Shown here piece after piece: positions 26,994-40,219 of a stretch of DNA of 64,000 nucleotides. This DNA is from Paraspadella gotoi (Eukaryota; Animalia; Chaetognatha). Below the pieces are notes generated by a model, which saw only the letters and a list, made by a program, of their open reading frames with translations, did not search any database and was not told where the DNA came from. The position numbers and the translations under genes were made by a program. The stretch lies in NCBI GenBank assembly GCA_051294375.1, contig CM119270.1:1772091-1836090 (forward strand), in the 5' to 3' direction. How positions within the stretch are numbered: position 1 is the first letter of the stretch; each line of letters begins with the position of its first letter.

Positions 26994-28995
26994 AGAGAGA
27001 GAGAGAGAGAAAAGCAAGAAAAGAAACAACACTAAGAGAAAACTCTTCCTCTTTCCTCCGATTAAAATTCTCTCCATCGAAGTCATTCGAAATGGAAAAA
27101 GAAAAAAAAGAAAGAAAAACGAAAAAAAAAGAAAAAAGAATATGAAAAATGGAGAATGGATCGTGAGAAAATATTGAAGAGCGAAATATTAAAAACGGGG
27201 GCTCTCTTTTCCTAGAGTGCCCGATTTCTGTTCGTTTATTCAAGAATTTAATTTTAACTTAAATATCTGATTGTTAGATATCGTTATTTCCTTTCGTTTC
27301 GTTGTGTTTGGATGATAAGAGACGTTTTAAATTGAATTTAAATTAAATATCTAAATTAAATATTATTTTAAACTCATATCCTTAACTCTAATTGTCCTAA
27401 TTACAAACCTGTGATCTTTATTCCGAACTTAATCTCTAACCTTAATCTTTAACGAATTAAAGATAAAAAGGGACGTTCTGGGAAAATGAGGGTAAAAAAA
27501 GGAAGGGAAAGGAACCGAGATCAAAAACGGATTAAATATAAGAAGAGGACGATGACAATGGAAAAGCCCAAAGAATAAACACGGATTTCTCACGTTACGA
27601 TCGAGGGCTGCCGGTCGTCATAGCGACGAAAGTAAACACGAAACTGTTCATTTGTTTGATCGATCGTTTGAAAACGAGGCTCGTTTGATTGCGGGCGGGA
27701 AGGATTTTCATTGGAGGAGGGAGGGTATGGGAAAGAAGGAAGAGAAGACAGAAAGGGAAGGAAGAGGGGGAGAGAGAATTATGAAATATATAAAAAAAAA
27801 AGGTTTAAAAATAAAAATGAGGAATAATTAACGAGTTAGTTTGTCATTTTATCAAAAAATTAGTAATTATGAAGTAACCGTCGCTTCAAATTATATAAAA
27901 GTAAAAAAAAATCCATGGCAGAGTAAAGATATTTTTTTTCTTTTTTCTTTTTTCTTTCAACTTTCTTTTTTTCTCCCCAAAAAACCAAAAACGCAAATCT
28001 TGTTTTCTCAAATCGATCGGAAAACGACGACGACGACGACGACGACGACGACGTACACTTTAAGATCTAAATCCCTCTTCTCTCTTCACAAGTCATGCAA
28101 AAAAAAAACACGAATACATTGTTAGAAATTTTTTTTACTCGTGAAATTTACCCTTTTCGTTTTATGCCTTTGGCCTTGTAACAAGGGGAGCAGATAAAGT
28201 TATTGAATTATCTATTAATTAATCATTTAAGTTAATTTAAAACTTATATTAATTCCAACTTTTGTTAACCAAAATCTGGTGAAAACAAAAAAAAAAAAAT
28301 CGGTCGCTCGTGTAACGAGAGTTTCTCGTAAAACGAAGATGCGAAGTCATTTATTTGATCGTTTTGCTTTAATCCTCGTCAGCTTTTCTCTCTCTCACTT
28401 CTCCTCTCTCTCTCTCTCTCTACTCTCTGTCTCTCTCCTGCTCTCTCTCTCTCCCCTCTCTCTCTTCTCTCTCATCTCTCTCTCTCTCTCTCTCCTCTCT
28501 CTCGTCTCCTCTCTCTCTCTCTCTATCCACGTGCCACATTTGTCGTTTTGTTTGCCCCTTGTTTTTTCTGTTTCGGCACCAGTGAGCGCTTCTGAAAAAG
28601 CCAAACGACGCCTTTTATAGGTCTTTTAAGTCGAATCGTTTTAAACCAGTTAACTTTTCTTCCTTCTTTTTTTTCGACGACGACGACAACGATGGGTAAT
28701 TTGTGACGGAAATTTAGAAAGAAAGAGAGACAAAAGAGAGAGAGAGAGAGAGAGAGACGAGAGAGAAGAGAAGAAGAGAGAGAGATGAAGAGCAGAGAGA
28801 GAGAGAGAGAGAGATATGAGGAGAAATGAAGGAGAAAAAAAAAAGATAAAAGGATTAGGGAAACACGTGAGAGAGAGTTGTTTGTGTCAATCGAGACCTG
28901 TTATCTGATGCTAAAAAAAAACCTAAAAGGAGAGAGAGGAGAGAGAGAGAGAGAGAGAGGAGAAGAGAGAGAGAGGAGAGAGAGAGAGATGAGAG

Positions 28996-29039
<44 letters not shown>

Positions 29040-29373
29040 TAAAGTCATGCCGATAAAGAACCTCTCTCTCTGATCTCAGCTAAGTTATTATTATTGAATA
29101 TTAAATAGTAAATTTTTAAATTTTCATTTTTATTTGCCAGTTTTATGACAATTTAATTCACAATTACGAAAATACACATAAATGTATTGTGACAATGGAA
29201 AAGTATGATCAGTAGTTTTTATTTAATAAGGTAAAGACAAATCTCCGGATTTTAAAAAGTTAAAAAATAAAAAAACAAATTAATCTAAGGCCAATTTTTT
29301 AAATCTCTTTTCGTTTGATATTTTTTTTTCTCATTTGATTCAAGTAAAATCTGCAGATTAAAACTAAAAAAAA

Positions 29374-29825
29374 TTAATCTGGAGAAAATCCGGCGTTGTC
29401 TTGGCCGCCGCTGTCGCCGCCGCTGACGCCGCCGCTGTCGCCGCCGCTGACGCCGCCGCTGACGCCGCCGCTGACGCCGCCGCTGACGCCGACCCTGTTG
29501 CAGCTGTCTACGGCGTCGTCCCATCCAACGCAGCCACCAGCGCCGCTGTCGAGGTTGCTGTCATCGCTAACGGCACCGACAACGCCGATATCTCCGCCGA
29601 CAACGCCGCTATCGCCGCCAATAACGCCGCTATCGCCGCCGACAACGCCGTCGCCGTCGGCGACGGCCCAACCTCCGATCTCCGTCTCGAACGTGTCGTC
29701 GTTGTTGTCGTTGTTGTTGTCGTCATCCTCGTCGACGATCTTACGTTTTCTCGCTTTCATGACGCCGACGACAGTAGCGACGACGACGACGACGACGACG
29801 AAACACAAAAAGCCCAACATCGTCC
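29374..29825 (-). CDS. PLB1: Phospholipase B1-like, terminal exon (transmembrane helix and cytoplasmic tail)
   Basis: Pyrimidine tract and AAG acceptor; its phase 1 matches the donor CAG|GTAAAA at 31289. Encodes TMLGFLCFVVVVVVVATVVGV followed by basic MKARKRK and ends ...DNAGFSPD*. PLB1 proteins are known to have C-terminal membrane anchors. Confidence 0.65.
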
Positions 29826-30698
29826 CTTTGATCCAAATCGGGAGGCGGGAAAAGGGAGTGGAGGGTGGAAGAGTTGTGGGCGAGGGAGTGGGCGAGGATG
29901 TGGGGCCGATTGTGGGGAAAATAGGGGGAGCTGGAAGCGGGAGAGAGAGAGAGAGCGAGAGGAAGAAATATGAAAAAAACGGGTTGATGAATTATTCGTG
30001 ACGTTTATGTGACAATAACTGGAAAAATAAGCAATGATGGAATCAAATTGGGGGAACATAAATTCGCGGGGAGTTATTGAGATGTAAAAGAAAAGGGGAG
30101 GAGGAGGAAAGAAGAAAGAAAAAAGGAAAGTAAAAAGAGAGAAGGAGAAGAAGAGAAGAAGAGTAAAAGATAAATAATAAAAGAGAAATTAAAAGAGAAT
30201 TAGAAAAGAAAGAAAAAGATTTAAAAAAAAAATTAATGAAGAAGAAAAAAAAAGTTTTGGAAAAAAGATTGATAAAAGCGAGAAAGTAATATACGGGAAA
30301 TACATATTAGTAATTAGTAATTAGTCGCAAAAAAGAGAAAAGGGAAAGAAATGTTTTGTCTCTGATCTCATTGTTAAACTCATTTTCTCTTGAGAGAATC
30401 AAGAAGCCTTAGATTTCTCCTTTTCCATTATAACAAGTCTAATGGATGAGTCAAATCATTTTCCAATTTCAATTCATTGTACATTCTACTAACACGATTT
30501 TTACCAAAGTATTTCGATTTCTATTTATCTCTCTCTCTCTCTCTCTCTCTCTCTTATATTCTATCTCGTCTCATCTCTCTCACTCTCTCTCTCTTCTTCC
30601 ACCTCTGGTTCAAGAGGAGCAACTCCCAAGAGGCGAATGCGCTAACAAACGGCGGAGTTTCCCTTTCCGGTTTAAAAGTTCCCTCTGAAACGAGGGGG

Positions 30699-30778
<80 letters not shown>

Positions 30779-30791
30779 AAGAAGAAGAGAA

Positions 30792-30823
<32 letters not shown>

Positions 30824-30996
30824 TAGAGAGGACGTGTCGGAAAACAAAATTCAAAGAATTTATATTTCAGAAGATTCTCATTTGTTTCTCATAATAAATG
30901 AATTGAGAGATAAAAACAAAAGGATGGTCATAAAAATAAAATATGCAGATGGATAGAAAGGAAAAAAGAAAGAGAAATTATTATCAAGAGAAAGAG

Positions 30997-31087
<91 letters not shown>

Positions 31088-31288
31088 AATACAACAAGAA
31101 ATTAACCAAGTAAAATACTGTGAGAGAGTATTGAAAGCTTGTATGTATGTAATTATCTTTTAAGTGTGATGGAGGCCTTGAACCTCCATAGCCTGTCCAA
31201 GATAGCTTGTTTTTTAAATGAATGTATAATTACATATTGGTAGTCCAAATTTCATACAGAAGCTACGCACTTAAATTCTAAATTTTAC

Positions 31289-31553
31289 CTGGTCTTAAAA
31301 ATAAATTCCTCAACTTCAAATCTCTATCCACGAAGGGCACGCCCTCTTCTTCATTACCTTCGAAAACCTCCACAGCACTTTCTTCTCCAGCTCCTACTCC
31401 AGCCTCTCTCCCAGCTCCTTTTCCAGCTCCATCCTCAACTACATCAACCTTCATCTCTCTTCCATTTCGTTTCGTCTTCACGAAAGGATTTTCTTCCGTT
31501 GGACATTTGATCGTCAACGCGTCTTCCCAAGTCGTCGCTTTGTGACCCACGTC
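31289..31553 (-). CDS. PLB1: Phospholipase B1-like exon
   Basis: DVGHKATTW...KCPTEENPFVKTKRN resembles the PLB1 domain end (CP...P.+.T..N). AG/GT bounded. Reading through the donor gives GKI* at 31278. Confidence 0.85.
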
Positions 31554-31753
31554 CTGAATAATTGATTTTATCAGTGTCATCGCCATGATTATTATCGTTA
31601 TAATCATTATCATCATTATTACATTCTGCGTCATTATCGTTATGAAATTATCATCTTCATTAAATCGTTTTTATCATCATATAAATTTTATATTCATCAT
31701 TATCATCATAGTTTTTGTCATCATCCCAAACCAACCAACCCAATCCCAAAAAC

Positions 31754-31977
31754 CTCAAATAAATTGTTCCACAACGCGGCGGCCGCAATGGTTTGTCCAA
31801 CGGCCGACAGATGGAAGCAGTCTGGCGCGAAGAAAGAAGGATCGACTTTTCCTCCTGGATCTTGCGGCGGCGTCGATTCTCGAAGGAAAGGCTGGACGAC
31901 GAGTGCGAAGTCTGGACGAGAGAATCGAGGGTCGTCGGCGAAGGCGTCGAGAGTCGCGATGAAGGATGAGCGGAGTG
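31754..31977 (-). CDS. PLB1: Phospholipase B1-like exon (catalytic Asp/His)
   Basis: DFALVVQPFL...DPSFFAPDCFHLS...AAALWNNLFE, containing the SGNH block V DxxH motif. Phase-consistent splice sites. Confidence 0.92.
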
Positions 31978-32105
31978 CTGCGTGGGCGGAAGGGTTGTGG
32001 ATTAGAGAGGGGGGGAAAGGTGTGGGTTGGAGGAGGTTGTGGGCGGGAGTAGTTTTTAAAAGTTGCGTCTTGTAGAAAACATAACACTTTCTACCCACTA
32101 CTATG

Positions 32106-32384
32106 TGTGGATAAGGCGCTAAGTGGGGCTGAAAATGACTATCCGCAACTTCTTCAACCCCTCTAGCAGCCATGGAACGGGTCCTGGGCTTGGAACCAGG
32201 CTTAAGGGTTTTTCACGCCCCCAAGGCGTCTTACGGCCGTCCTCACGCTTCCCGCAGGGTAGGTACCGGGTTGGGATTGAACCCGGTACCTAGTGGTCAA
32301 TGAGCCACCGGGTCACGATTGAAGGTGTCATGCTTAATAAGCATTGCTTATAGGCAGGGTGAACTTAGGCAATGCCCGACTACA
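32106..32384 (-). mobile_element. Solo LTR family A, copy 3 (in PLB1 intron)
   Basis: TGTGGATA...GACTACA with a different 4-bp TSD, TATG (32102-32105 and 32385-32388), showing an independent insertion. Confidence 0.8.
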
Positions 32385-32597
32385 TATGTACTCCCCCCAC
32401 AAATCTTTCCACAAAACCGTCGACCCTTATCGCACAAAACTCTTTCTACCCTCAACTTATACCCACCACAACTCTTTCTAACCACAAATATTTCTCAACC
32501 TCAACTTTTTCACCACACAATTTTTGCGGCTCTTTCCGAACCGCCCCAACTTTCTACCCACGACGCTTTCCAAACCGTCGACCCTTAGCAAACTAAC

Positions 32598-32806
32598 CCT
32601 GTCCCTCCTCGAAATTCCCGCTGCCAAAGGCCAGCTGCGGGCATTCGTAGAGATGCAGGGCTTCGCAGACGAGACCGAGGTTGAGGCTTCGGACGAGAGG
32701 AACGTCGAAAGGATCCACGAGGTTGACGAGAAGTCGAGGGATTGAAGAGAGAGTCGAGAGGGCGAGTTCGAGGTTGCGACGGAAGGCCGTCGCGGAATAG
32801 CGGGAC
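32598..32806 (-). CDS. PLB1: Phospholipase B1-like exon
   Basis: SRYSATAFRRNLELALSTLSSIPRLLVNLVDPFDV...CEALHLYECP; AG/GT, phase 2 to phase 1. Confidence 0.88.
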
Positions 32807-33211
32807 CTGGAGAAAGAGGAAAGAGAGAGAGAGGGGGGGAGAGAGAGAGAGAGAGAGTGAGAGAGTGAGAGAGAGAGGGTGGGGGAGTTGAAGCAAGGGA
32901 GGAGTTAAGCTCCGCCATTTTGTTGTACAACCATTATTAAAAAATTATCCATTAATATTTAATGAATCGTTAAATCATTTTTTTTAGAAATTTCGGACTT
33001 TCTTAATTTTTGTTTTCAATTTTTTATCGTTTTGCTCAATTGTTTTTTTGTTTTTTTTAAATTAAATCGATGTTGTTTCTGTTTTTTTTTGTTCTGTTAT
33101 ATATCGATTATAGGATTGTTGTTTTCTTATTTATTCTTATTATTTTTGTGGCTGATGCTGTTATTGTTATTATTGAAGTGGTTGCTGTCATGTCTGTCAT
33201 CATCATCATCG

Positions 33212-33252
<41 letters not shown>

Positions 33253-33286
33253 GTCGTCTCTAACGTCATCGTCGTCATCATCGTCG

Positions 33287-33317
<31 letters not shown>

Positions 33318-33326
33318 CTTCCTCAC

Positions 33327-33498
33327 CTATCTCCAAAATAGTCGCAGAGGTCATTGTTCCCAATGAGAATCGTGACCATCTTCCAATCTTTCTCAAAATC
33401 GATTTCCTTCAAAGTCTTTAACTTCTCAACCAACTGTTGGGCCTGTCCGGGCATGTCCTCTGCGTGAGCGCCTGGCACTGCCAGGTTGAGATGGGCGC
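33327..33498 (-). CDS. PLB1: Phospholipase B1-like exon
   Basis: AHLNLAVPGAHAEDMPGQAQQLVEKLK...IDFEKDWKMVTILIGNNDLC (SGNH blocks II and III); AG/GT, phase 1 to phase 2. Confidence 0.93.
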
Positions 33499-33822
33499 CT
33501 GATGGAGGGTAGGGGGAGAGAAAGAGAGAGATTAAAGACATCAGAAACAATATCAGCAACAAAAAAGACAGTAACAACAGAAAAGATTACAACAGCAAAA
33601 ACAATATAGAAAATAGGTACGACTGAAGCAACAACATCATAAAAAACAAAAACAATGACAACAACAACGACGACCACAACAAAAACAATATGAACAACAT
33701 AACTATAAAAACAACAACTGTCAAAACTGTCAAAAACAACATTAACAAACAACAATAACAGCACCAATGAAAACAGTATTAAAAACAACAACAACAACAG
33801 TCCCGCTCCTTTATCCCTTCAC

Positions 33823-34008
33823 CCTTATTGGGCAGAAGTATCTGCAATTGTTGCGACGTAGAGAATCCCTTCAAGTCAGGATTGTATTGCCTCAACACGT
33901 TGGGCAAAGTGAAGACGCTCTCGAGCGACTTTTGACCTCCGATGCTCCAAGACCAACCACGGTAGACAATGAGGAGACCAAAAGGGGTCTTGGCCCGAAT
34001 GCCCGTGC
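33823..34008 (-). CDS. PLB1: Phospholipase B1-like exon
   Basis: GTGIRAKTPFGLLIVYRGWSWSIGGQKSLESVFTLPNVLRQYNPDLKGFST, a typical PLB1 motif; AG/GT, 186 bp. Confidence 0.92.
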
Positions 34009-34335
34009 CTGCAGTGATGGAGAAAGAGGAGGTGGGTGATGGAGTTATTTTTGATGGTGCTGTTGTTGATAAAATTGTTTCTTTTGCTGGTGATGTTGTT
34101 CAAGTTATGGCTCAAGTTGTTGTTCACGTTGTTGGACTGGATGTTTTTATCGCTAATGTTGAAGTTATAGTTGATAATTCTAATGTTTACTTGTTTTTAG
34201 TTTTATTGTTCATGTCATTGACGTCGTTGTTATTTAGGGAAGTAAATGTAAGGATCTCCCTGGTCTCTTTAGTTTAGAGACTTAAGAATTTTGAGGTCAG
34301 AATGTTTCGACTTTTGAGAGTTGTAGTCGTCTTCA

Positions 34336-34375
<40 letters not shown>

Positions 34376-34449
34376 CGTTCCCGTGGGTAAATTTCTCATA
34401 CGCGACGACGAAAGCTTCATTCCAAGATGGCGCTGGTTATGTTGTGGTA

Positions 34450-34488
<39 letters not shown>

Positions 34489-34569
34489 TTTGTTGGAAAA
34501 CTGTTTGAAGTCAAAGTTAAGGTTTAAGCTGAAAGAGTTGTTTTCTCATCAATCAAGAGATACAATCTC

Positions 34570-34603
<34 letters not shown>

Positions 34604-35107
34604 GCCCTCAGTTATAAATTCGAAATTGGAAATTCAGCAAAGCGCGACGCAAATTTCGAGCGAATGACTTCCTGATGACGTCACGAGCTACAGTCAAAGT
34701 CGTTTCGAAAAATTGTCGGATTTCGTAGAAGTTTGTCGGTCTGTCTATTGCGTTCTGGGAGCTGTCTGTACTTAAATTTGTTGTCTCTCTATTATTTCGT
34801 CTGTCTGTCCGTTTTTCCGTCTTTCTGTCTGTCGGTTTTTTTGTTTTGGTTTCATTCGTTTGTCTCTCTGTCTGNNNNNNNNNNNNNNNNNNNNNNNNNN
34901 NNNNNNNNNNNNNNNNNNNNNNNNNNNNNNNNNNNNNNNNNNNNNNNNNNNNNNNNNNNNNNNNNNNNNNNNNNNNNNNNNNNNNNNNNNNNNNNNNNNN
35001 NNNNNNNNNNNNNNNNNNNNNNNNNNNNNNNNNNNNNNNNNNNNNNNNNNNNNNNNNNNNNNNNNNNNNNNNNNNNNNNNNNNNNNNNNNNNNNNNNNNN
35101 NNNNNNN

Positions 35108-35227
35108 CCGCCGTGATAGAGTCCCCCATAGCGGCGACGACTTTGAAGTCACCCGGGCGAAGTTTGTCGACAGAGTCGGGCGTCGATGACGACGGAGGAA
35201 TGAGTCGACAGGGGAAGGCGGGGGCCA
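35108..35227 (-). CDS. PLB1: Phospholipase B1-like exon (GDSL nucleophile motif)
   Basis: FPC...PDSVDKLRPGDFKVVAAMGDSITA. Acceptor cttaccag; the donor falls in the N gap. Confidence 0.92.
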
Positions 35228-38200
35228 CTGGTAAGATGAGAGGGATTCCAGTGAATTTGAAGAAGAGGGGATCAAAGGTGACATTTTTTAATTTGGTAAG
35301 AAACAAGACGTTGGGTGTTGATTAGGAATTGGCTAAATAATTAAAAGATAAATGACATTTACTTCCTTTTTTTTTTCTTTCGCTTCGTTGCATTCGAGGA
35401 AGACGAAAAAGTCAGTTTTTATTTTTTTTATTTTCACAAAATTTGCGTCATGATCTGTCTCCAACCTCCCCGCCCTCGAATAAGTGGGCTATAGTGAAAC
35501 TCCTAATCCCCCACAAACCAATCACCAATCGTCATTCCCGAACCCCCGCACTCCCCCACCATCCACCAACCATCGCCAACCCCCTCACCAATCACCAACC
35601 ACCAATCACATTTCAGACCCCAAATTTCCTTCCATCAACCAATCCGCCTCAACCAATCACTCCACTAATCACAAAACCGCCCCCCAACCCTTTCAACCAA
35701 TCACCAATCATTCATTCGGACTTCCCACTCCCACCAATCACCCCAACCCCTTCACCAATCCACAACCACCATTCCTACCCCCACCTTCCCCCACCAACAT
35801 CACCAACCATTTCCCAACCCCCCTCACCAAATCACCCAACCACCAATCACCCTTCAGACCACCACTTTCCCTCCATATCACCCCAACCCCCTCTCCACTA
35901 TATCACCAATCACCCATTCCGGCTTCCCACTCCCCCACAATCACCAATTCACACCAACCCACCACCAATCAACTACCACCCTAACCCCCTAACCAATAAC
36001 CAATCGCAAGTCACAAACCGCCCCAACCCCCCTCACCTCTCCTCCACCCTCTTCATCTCTCTCCTCGACTCTTTTCGTCCCAAAAGTCTGTGCCAGAGTT
36101 CGATTCCTGTAAATTCTCCCGACGGCGCGCCCCGAGAGTCTCGCCTCTACCTAGATCGGCTATCCACTGCTCGTTGGACCGAGCAAGTTGGCAGGGCGAT
36201 TAGGAGTAGAGGAGAAGAGGGAGGAGAGGATGAAGAATTGTCGCGCTTGCGTTGTACGGCATTCTTTTCGTCGGCCTCGTTGGTTTTATGGACTTTCCTT
36301 TTTCGATTGACAGTGATAAATGATGAAAGGAGGAATGACGCAATACTAATGACAAGGACAGATTGATGAATTAGTGATTCTTGTTCGCAGATGTTTTGAA
36401 TTTTGTTGGGTTTAATCGGTCATCAAAAAAATAATTTAATAATAATTAATACATTGATAAACCCCAATTTTTGGAAATGCTAAATTAAGTTTATATCGCA
36501 AACTGTTGAAACTTTTGAAAAAAGTAACAAGACAACTTGATTTCCCCATTAAATTTCAGGTTGTGAAAAAATTACCCTTAAAAATTAAAAGCAAATTTTA
36601 AGTTGAGGTAAAGAAATCAACAAAAAAAAAGAATTTTAATTAATAATTTATTTGGATTTCATTTAATAAGTTTACCGTTTTCGTTTTTTAAATTAAGAAA
36701 AAGTGAAAAAATAAATAATAAATTTTTCAAAATTTTTCAAGAAACGAGATAAAAATATCTTTTCAATTCTGATCAAGAGTTTTTTTTAAAGTTTAAAGTC
36801 GTTGATAAAAAAAAAGAACTGATTTCGTTGGCGATTATCAAATTCGTTTATCTGTTTATCTGACTCTTTTTATACTATGTACTTTCCTCGTCGCTGGAAT
36901 GTGATTTAAAAATTAGTAACCGTGAATATATGGAAAACAAGTGTCATAAGTGGAATTACCGATTGGGAAATTTAAATAATTAAATCGTTAATTGCTTTGC
37001 CTTTCTCTTACGACGACGACTACGACGACAACGACGACGACGACGACGACGAGGAACCGATTCCGCGCGACTCAATATCAAATGAGCAAATGAAGAAAAA
37101 AAATCACCTGAAAATCGATTTAAGGATTTTTGATCTGAAGTCAATTTAAGTGGAAAACGAATAAAAGATTCAATGATGGAATCAACAAATAAATAAATAA
37201 ATTAAATAAATAAATAAATAAATAAANNNNNNNNNNNNNNNNNNNNNNNNNCTGATTTGATTTATTTTATTTTATTTATTTATTTATTTTTATTTGTTTA
37301 TTTATTTTTTATTTATTTTATTTATTTTTTTATTTAACTTATTTATATTTATTTATTTTATTTATTTTATTTATTTTTTTTATTTATTTATTTATTTATT
37401 TTTATATTTATTTATTTTATTTATTTATTTAATTTATTTATTTATTTGTTGATTCCATCAATTGAATCTTTTATTTCGTTTTCCACTTAAATTGACTTCA
37501 GATTCAAAAAAGTCGCTTAAAAAATATCGATTTTTCCCAGGTGATTTTTTTTTTTTTTCTTCATTTGCTCATTTTGATATTGAGTCGCCGCGGAATCGGT
37601 TTTCCTCGTCAGTCGTCGTCGTCGTCGGTTGTCGTCGTAGTCGTCGTCGTAAGAAGAAAAAGGGCAAAGCAATTTATTAACCGATTTAATTATTTAAAAT
37701 TTCCGCAATCGGTGTAATTCCACTAATGACAACTTGTTTTCCAATATATTCACGTGTTACTAATTTTTAAATCACATTTCCAGCGACGAGGAAAAGTACA
37801 TAGTAATAAAAGAGTCAATAAACAGGGATAAACGAATTTGATAATCGCCAACGAAATCAAGTTCTTTTTTTTTTATCAACGACCCTTTAAACTTTAAAAA
37901 AAAAAAACTCTTGATCAGAAATTGAAAAAAGATATTTTTATCCTCGTTTCTTGAAAATTTTGAAGATAATTTATTATTTATTTTTTCACTTTTTTTTCTT
38001 AAATTAAAAAACGAAAACGGTAAACTTATTAAATGAATCCAAATAAATTATTAATTAAAATTTCTTTTTTTTTGTTGATTTCTTTACCTCAACTTAAAAT
38101 TTGCTTTTAATTTTTAAGGGTAATTTTTTCACAACCTGAAATTTAATGGGGAAATCAAGTTGTCTTGTTACTTTTTTCAAAAGTTTCAACAGTTTGCGAT

Positions 38201-39520
38201 ATAAACTTAATTTAGCATTTCCAAAAATTGGGGTTTATCAATGTATTAATTATTATTAAATTATTTTTTTGATGACCGATTAAACCCAACAAAATTCAAA
38301 ACATCTGCGAACAAGAATCACTAATTCATCAATCTGTCCTTGTCATTAGTATTGCGTCATTCCTCCTTTCATCATTTATCACTGTCAATCGAAAAAGGAA
38401 AGTCCATAAAACCAACGAGGCCGACGAAAAGAATGCCGTACAACGCAAGCGCGACAATTCTTCATCCTCTCCTCCCTCTTCTCCTCTACTCCTAATCGCC
38501 CTGCCAACTTGCTCGGTCCAACGAGCAGTGGATAGCCGATCTAGGTAGAGGCGAGACTCTCGGGGCGCGCCGTCGGGAGAATTTACAGGAATCGAACTCT
38601 GGCACAGACTTTTGGGACGAAAAGAGTCGAGGAGAGAGATGAAGAGGGTGGAGGAGAGGTGAGGGGGGTTGGGGCGGTTTGTGACTTGCGATTGGTTATT
38701 GGTTAGGGGGTTAGGGTGGTAGTTGATTGGTGGTGGGTTGGTGTGAATTGGTGATTGTGGGGGAGTGGGAAGCCGGAATGGGTGATTGGTGATATAGTGG
38801 AGAGGGGGTTGGGGTGATATGGAGGGAAAGTGGTGGTCTGAAGGGTGATTGGTGGTTGGGTGATTTGGTGAGGGGGGTTGGGAAATGGTTGGTGATGTTG
38901 GTGGGGGAAGGTGGGGGTAGGAATGGTGGTTGTGGATTGGTGAAGGGGTTGGGGTGATTGGTGGGAGTGGGAAGTCCGAATGAATGATTGGTGATTGGTT
39001 GAAAGGGTTGGGGGGCGGTTTTGTGATTAGTGGAGTGATTGGTTGAGGCGGATTGGTTGATGGAAGGAAATTTGGGGTCTGAAATGTGATTGGTGGTTGG
39101 TGATTGGTGAGGGGGTTGGCGATGGTTGGTGGATGGTGGGGGAGTGCGGGGGTTCGGGAATGACGATTGGTGATTTGGTTGTTGGGGGATTAGGGGGAGT
39201 TTCACTATAGGCCCCCACGTATTTCGAGGGCGGGGGAGGTTGGAAAGACCAGATCATGACGGGGGCATTTGTGAAAATTAAAAAAAAAAAATAATAAACT
39301 GCTTTTTTTTTCGTCTTCCTCCCCCTCGATTGGTGGCACGAGCGGAAAGAGAATAAAAAGGGAAGTAATGTCATTTATCTTTAATTATTTAAGCCATTCC
39401 TAAATCCACAACACCAAACGGTCTTGTTTCCCTGTTCTCTTTACCAATAAAAGGTCAACCTTTGATTTTTTTCCCTCTTCTTCTTCAAATTCACTGGAAT
39501 CCTCTCTCATCTTTACCAGT
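35227..39520. repeat. ~2-kb-arm inverted duplication centred on the 25-N gap 37227-37251
   Basis: 35227-37226 is the reverse complement of 37252-39520. The right arm carries many 1-bp indels toward both ends. Confidence 0.9.
36037..36262 (-). CDS. PLB1: Possible first (signal-peptide) exon of the PLB1-like gene, apparently frameshifted
   Basis: ATG, Leu-rich stretch and GTGAGG donor in a GC-rich island. No single frame is open, which suggests indel errors. Mirrored at ~38433-38659. Confidence 0.3.
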
Positions 39521-40219
39521 ATCAATCAATCAATCAATCAATCCTTTCTTTCTTCTTCCTTCTTCCTTACTTCCTTCCTTCCTTTTTTTTCATTTTTCTT
39601 TTCTTTTTCTTTAATCTTTTTTGTTAATCTCTTTTGTTAGTCTTCTTCTCTATATTTTCTATCTCTTTTCTCTCCTCCTCTTCTCTCTTCTCTCCACTCC
39701 ATCTCTTCCTCATTCNNNNNNNNNNNNNNNNNNNNNNNNNNNNNNNNNNNNNNNNNNNNNNNNNNNNNNNNNNNNNNNNNNNNNNNNNNNNNNNNNNNNN
39801 NNNNNNNNNNNNNNNNNNNNNNNNNNNNNNNNNNNNNNNNNNNNNNNNNNNNNNNNNNNNNNNNNNNNNNNNNNNNNNNNNNNNNNNNNNNNNNNNNNNN
39901 NNNNNNNNNNNNNNNNNNNNNNNNNNNNNNNNNNNNNNNNNNNNNNNNNNNNNNNNNNNNNNNNNNNNNNNNNNNNNNNNNNNNNNNNNNNNNNNNNNNN
40001 NNNNNNNNNNNNNNNNNNNNNNNNNNNNNNNNNNNNNNNNNNNNNNNNNNNNNNNNNNNNNNNNNNCTTAAGATCTCCCGTTTTTGTCTTAAGGTCAATC
40101 GACTTCCGGTTCCAAACTACAATCTTCCAAAAATTCTGGTTGTGATGTGAACTCGAATCACAATCACCGATCGGTGAATCATCTCTCGTTTCTCCAAATA
40201 TTTTGGGTTCATTAGAATA

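Noticed and set aside
34296-34340. Degenerate hammerhead-like motif on the minus strand (ATGAAGA-C-GACT..AGTC-GAAACATTC)
   Set aside because: C3 is missing, helix III and helix I are not intact, and it abuts a (GAC)n tract. At best a dead remnant.
38433-38659. Second, plus-strand PLB1 paralog
   Set aside because: Only the mirror of the 5' region within the inverted duplication; no downstream catalytic exons follow.
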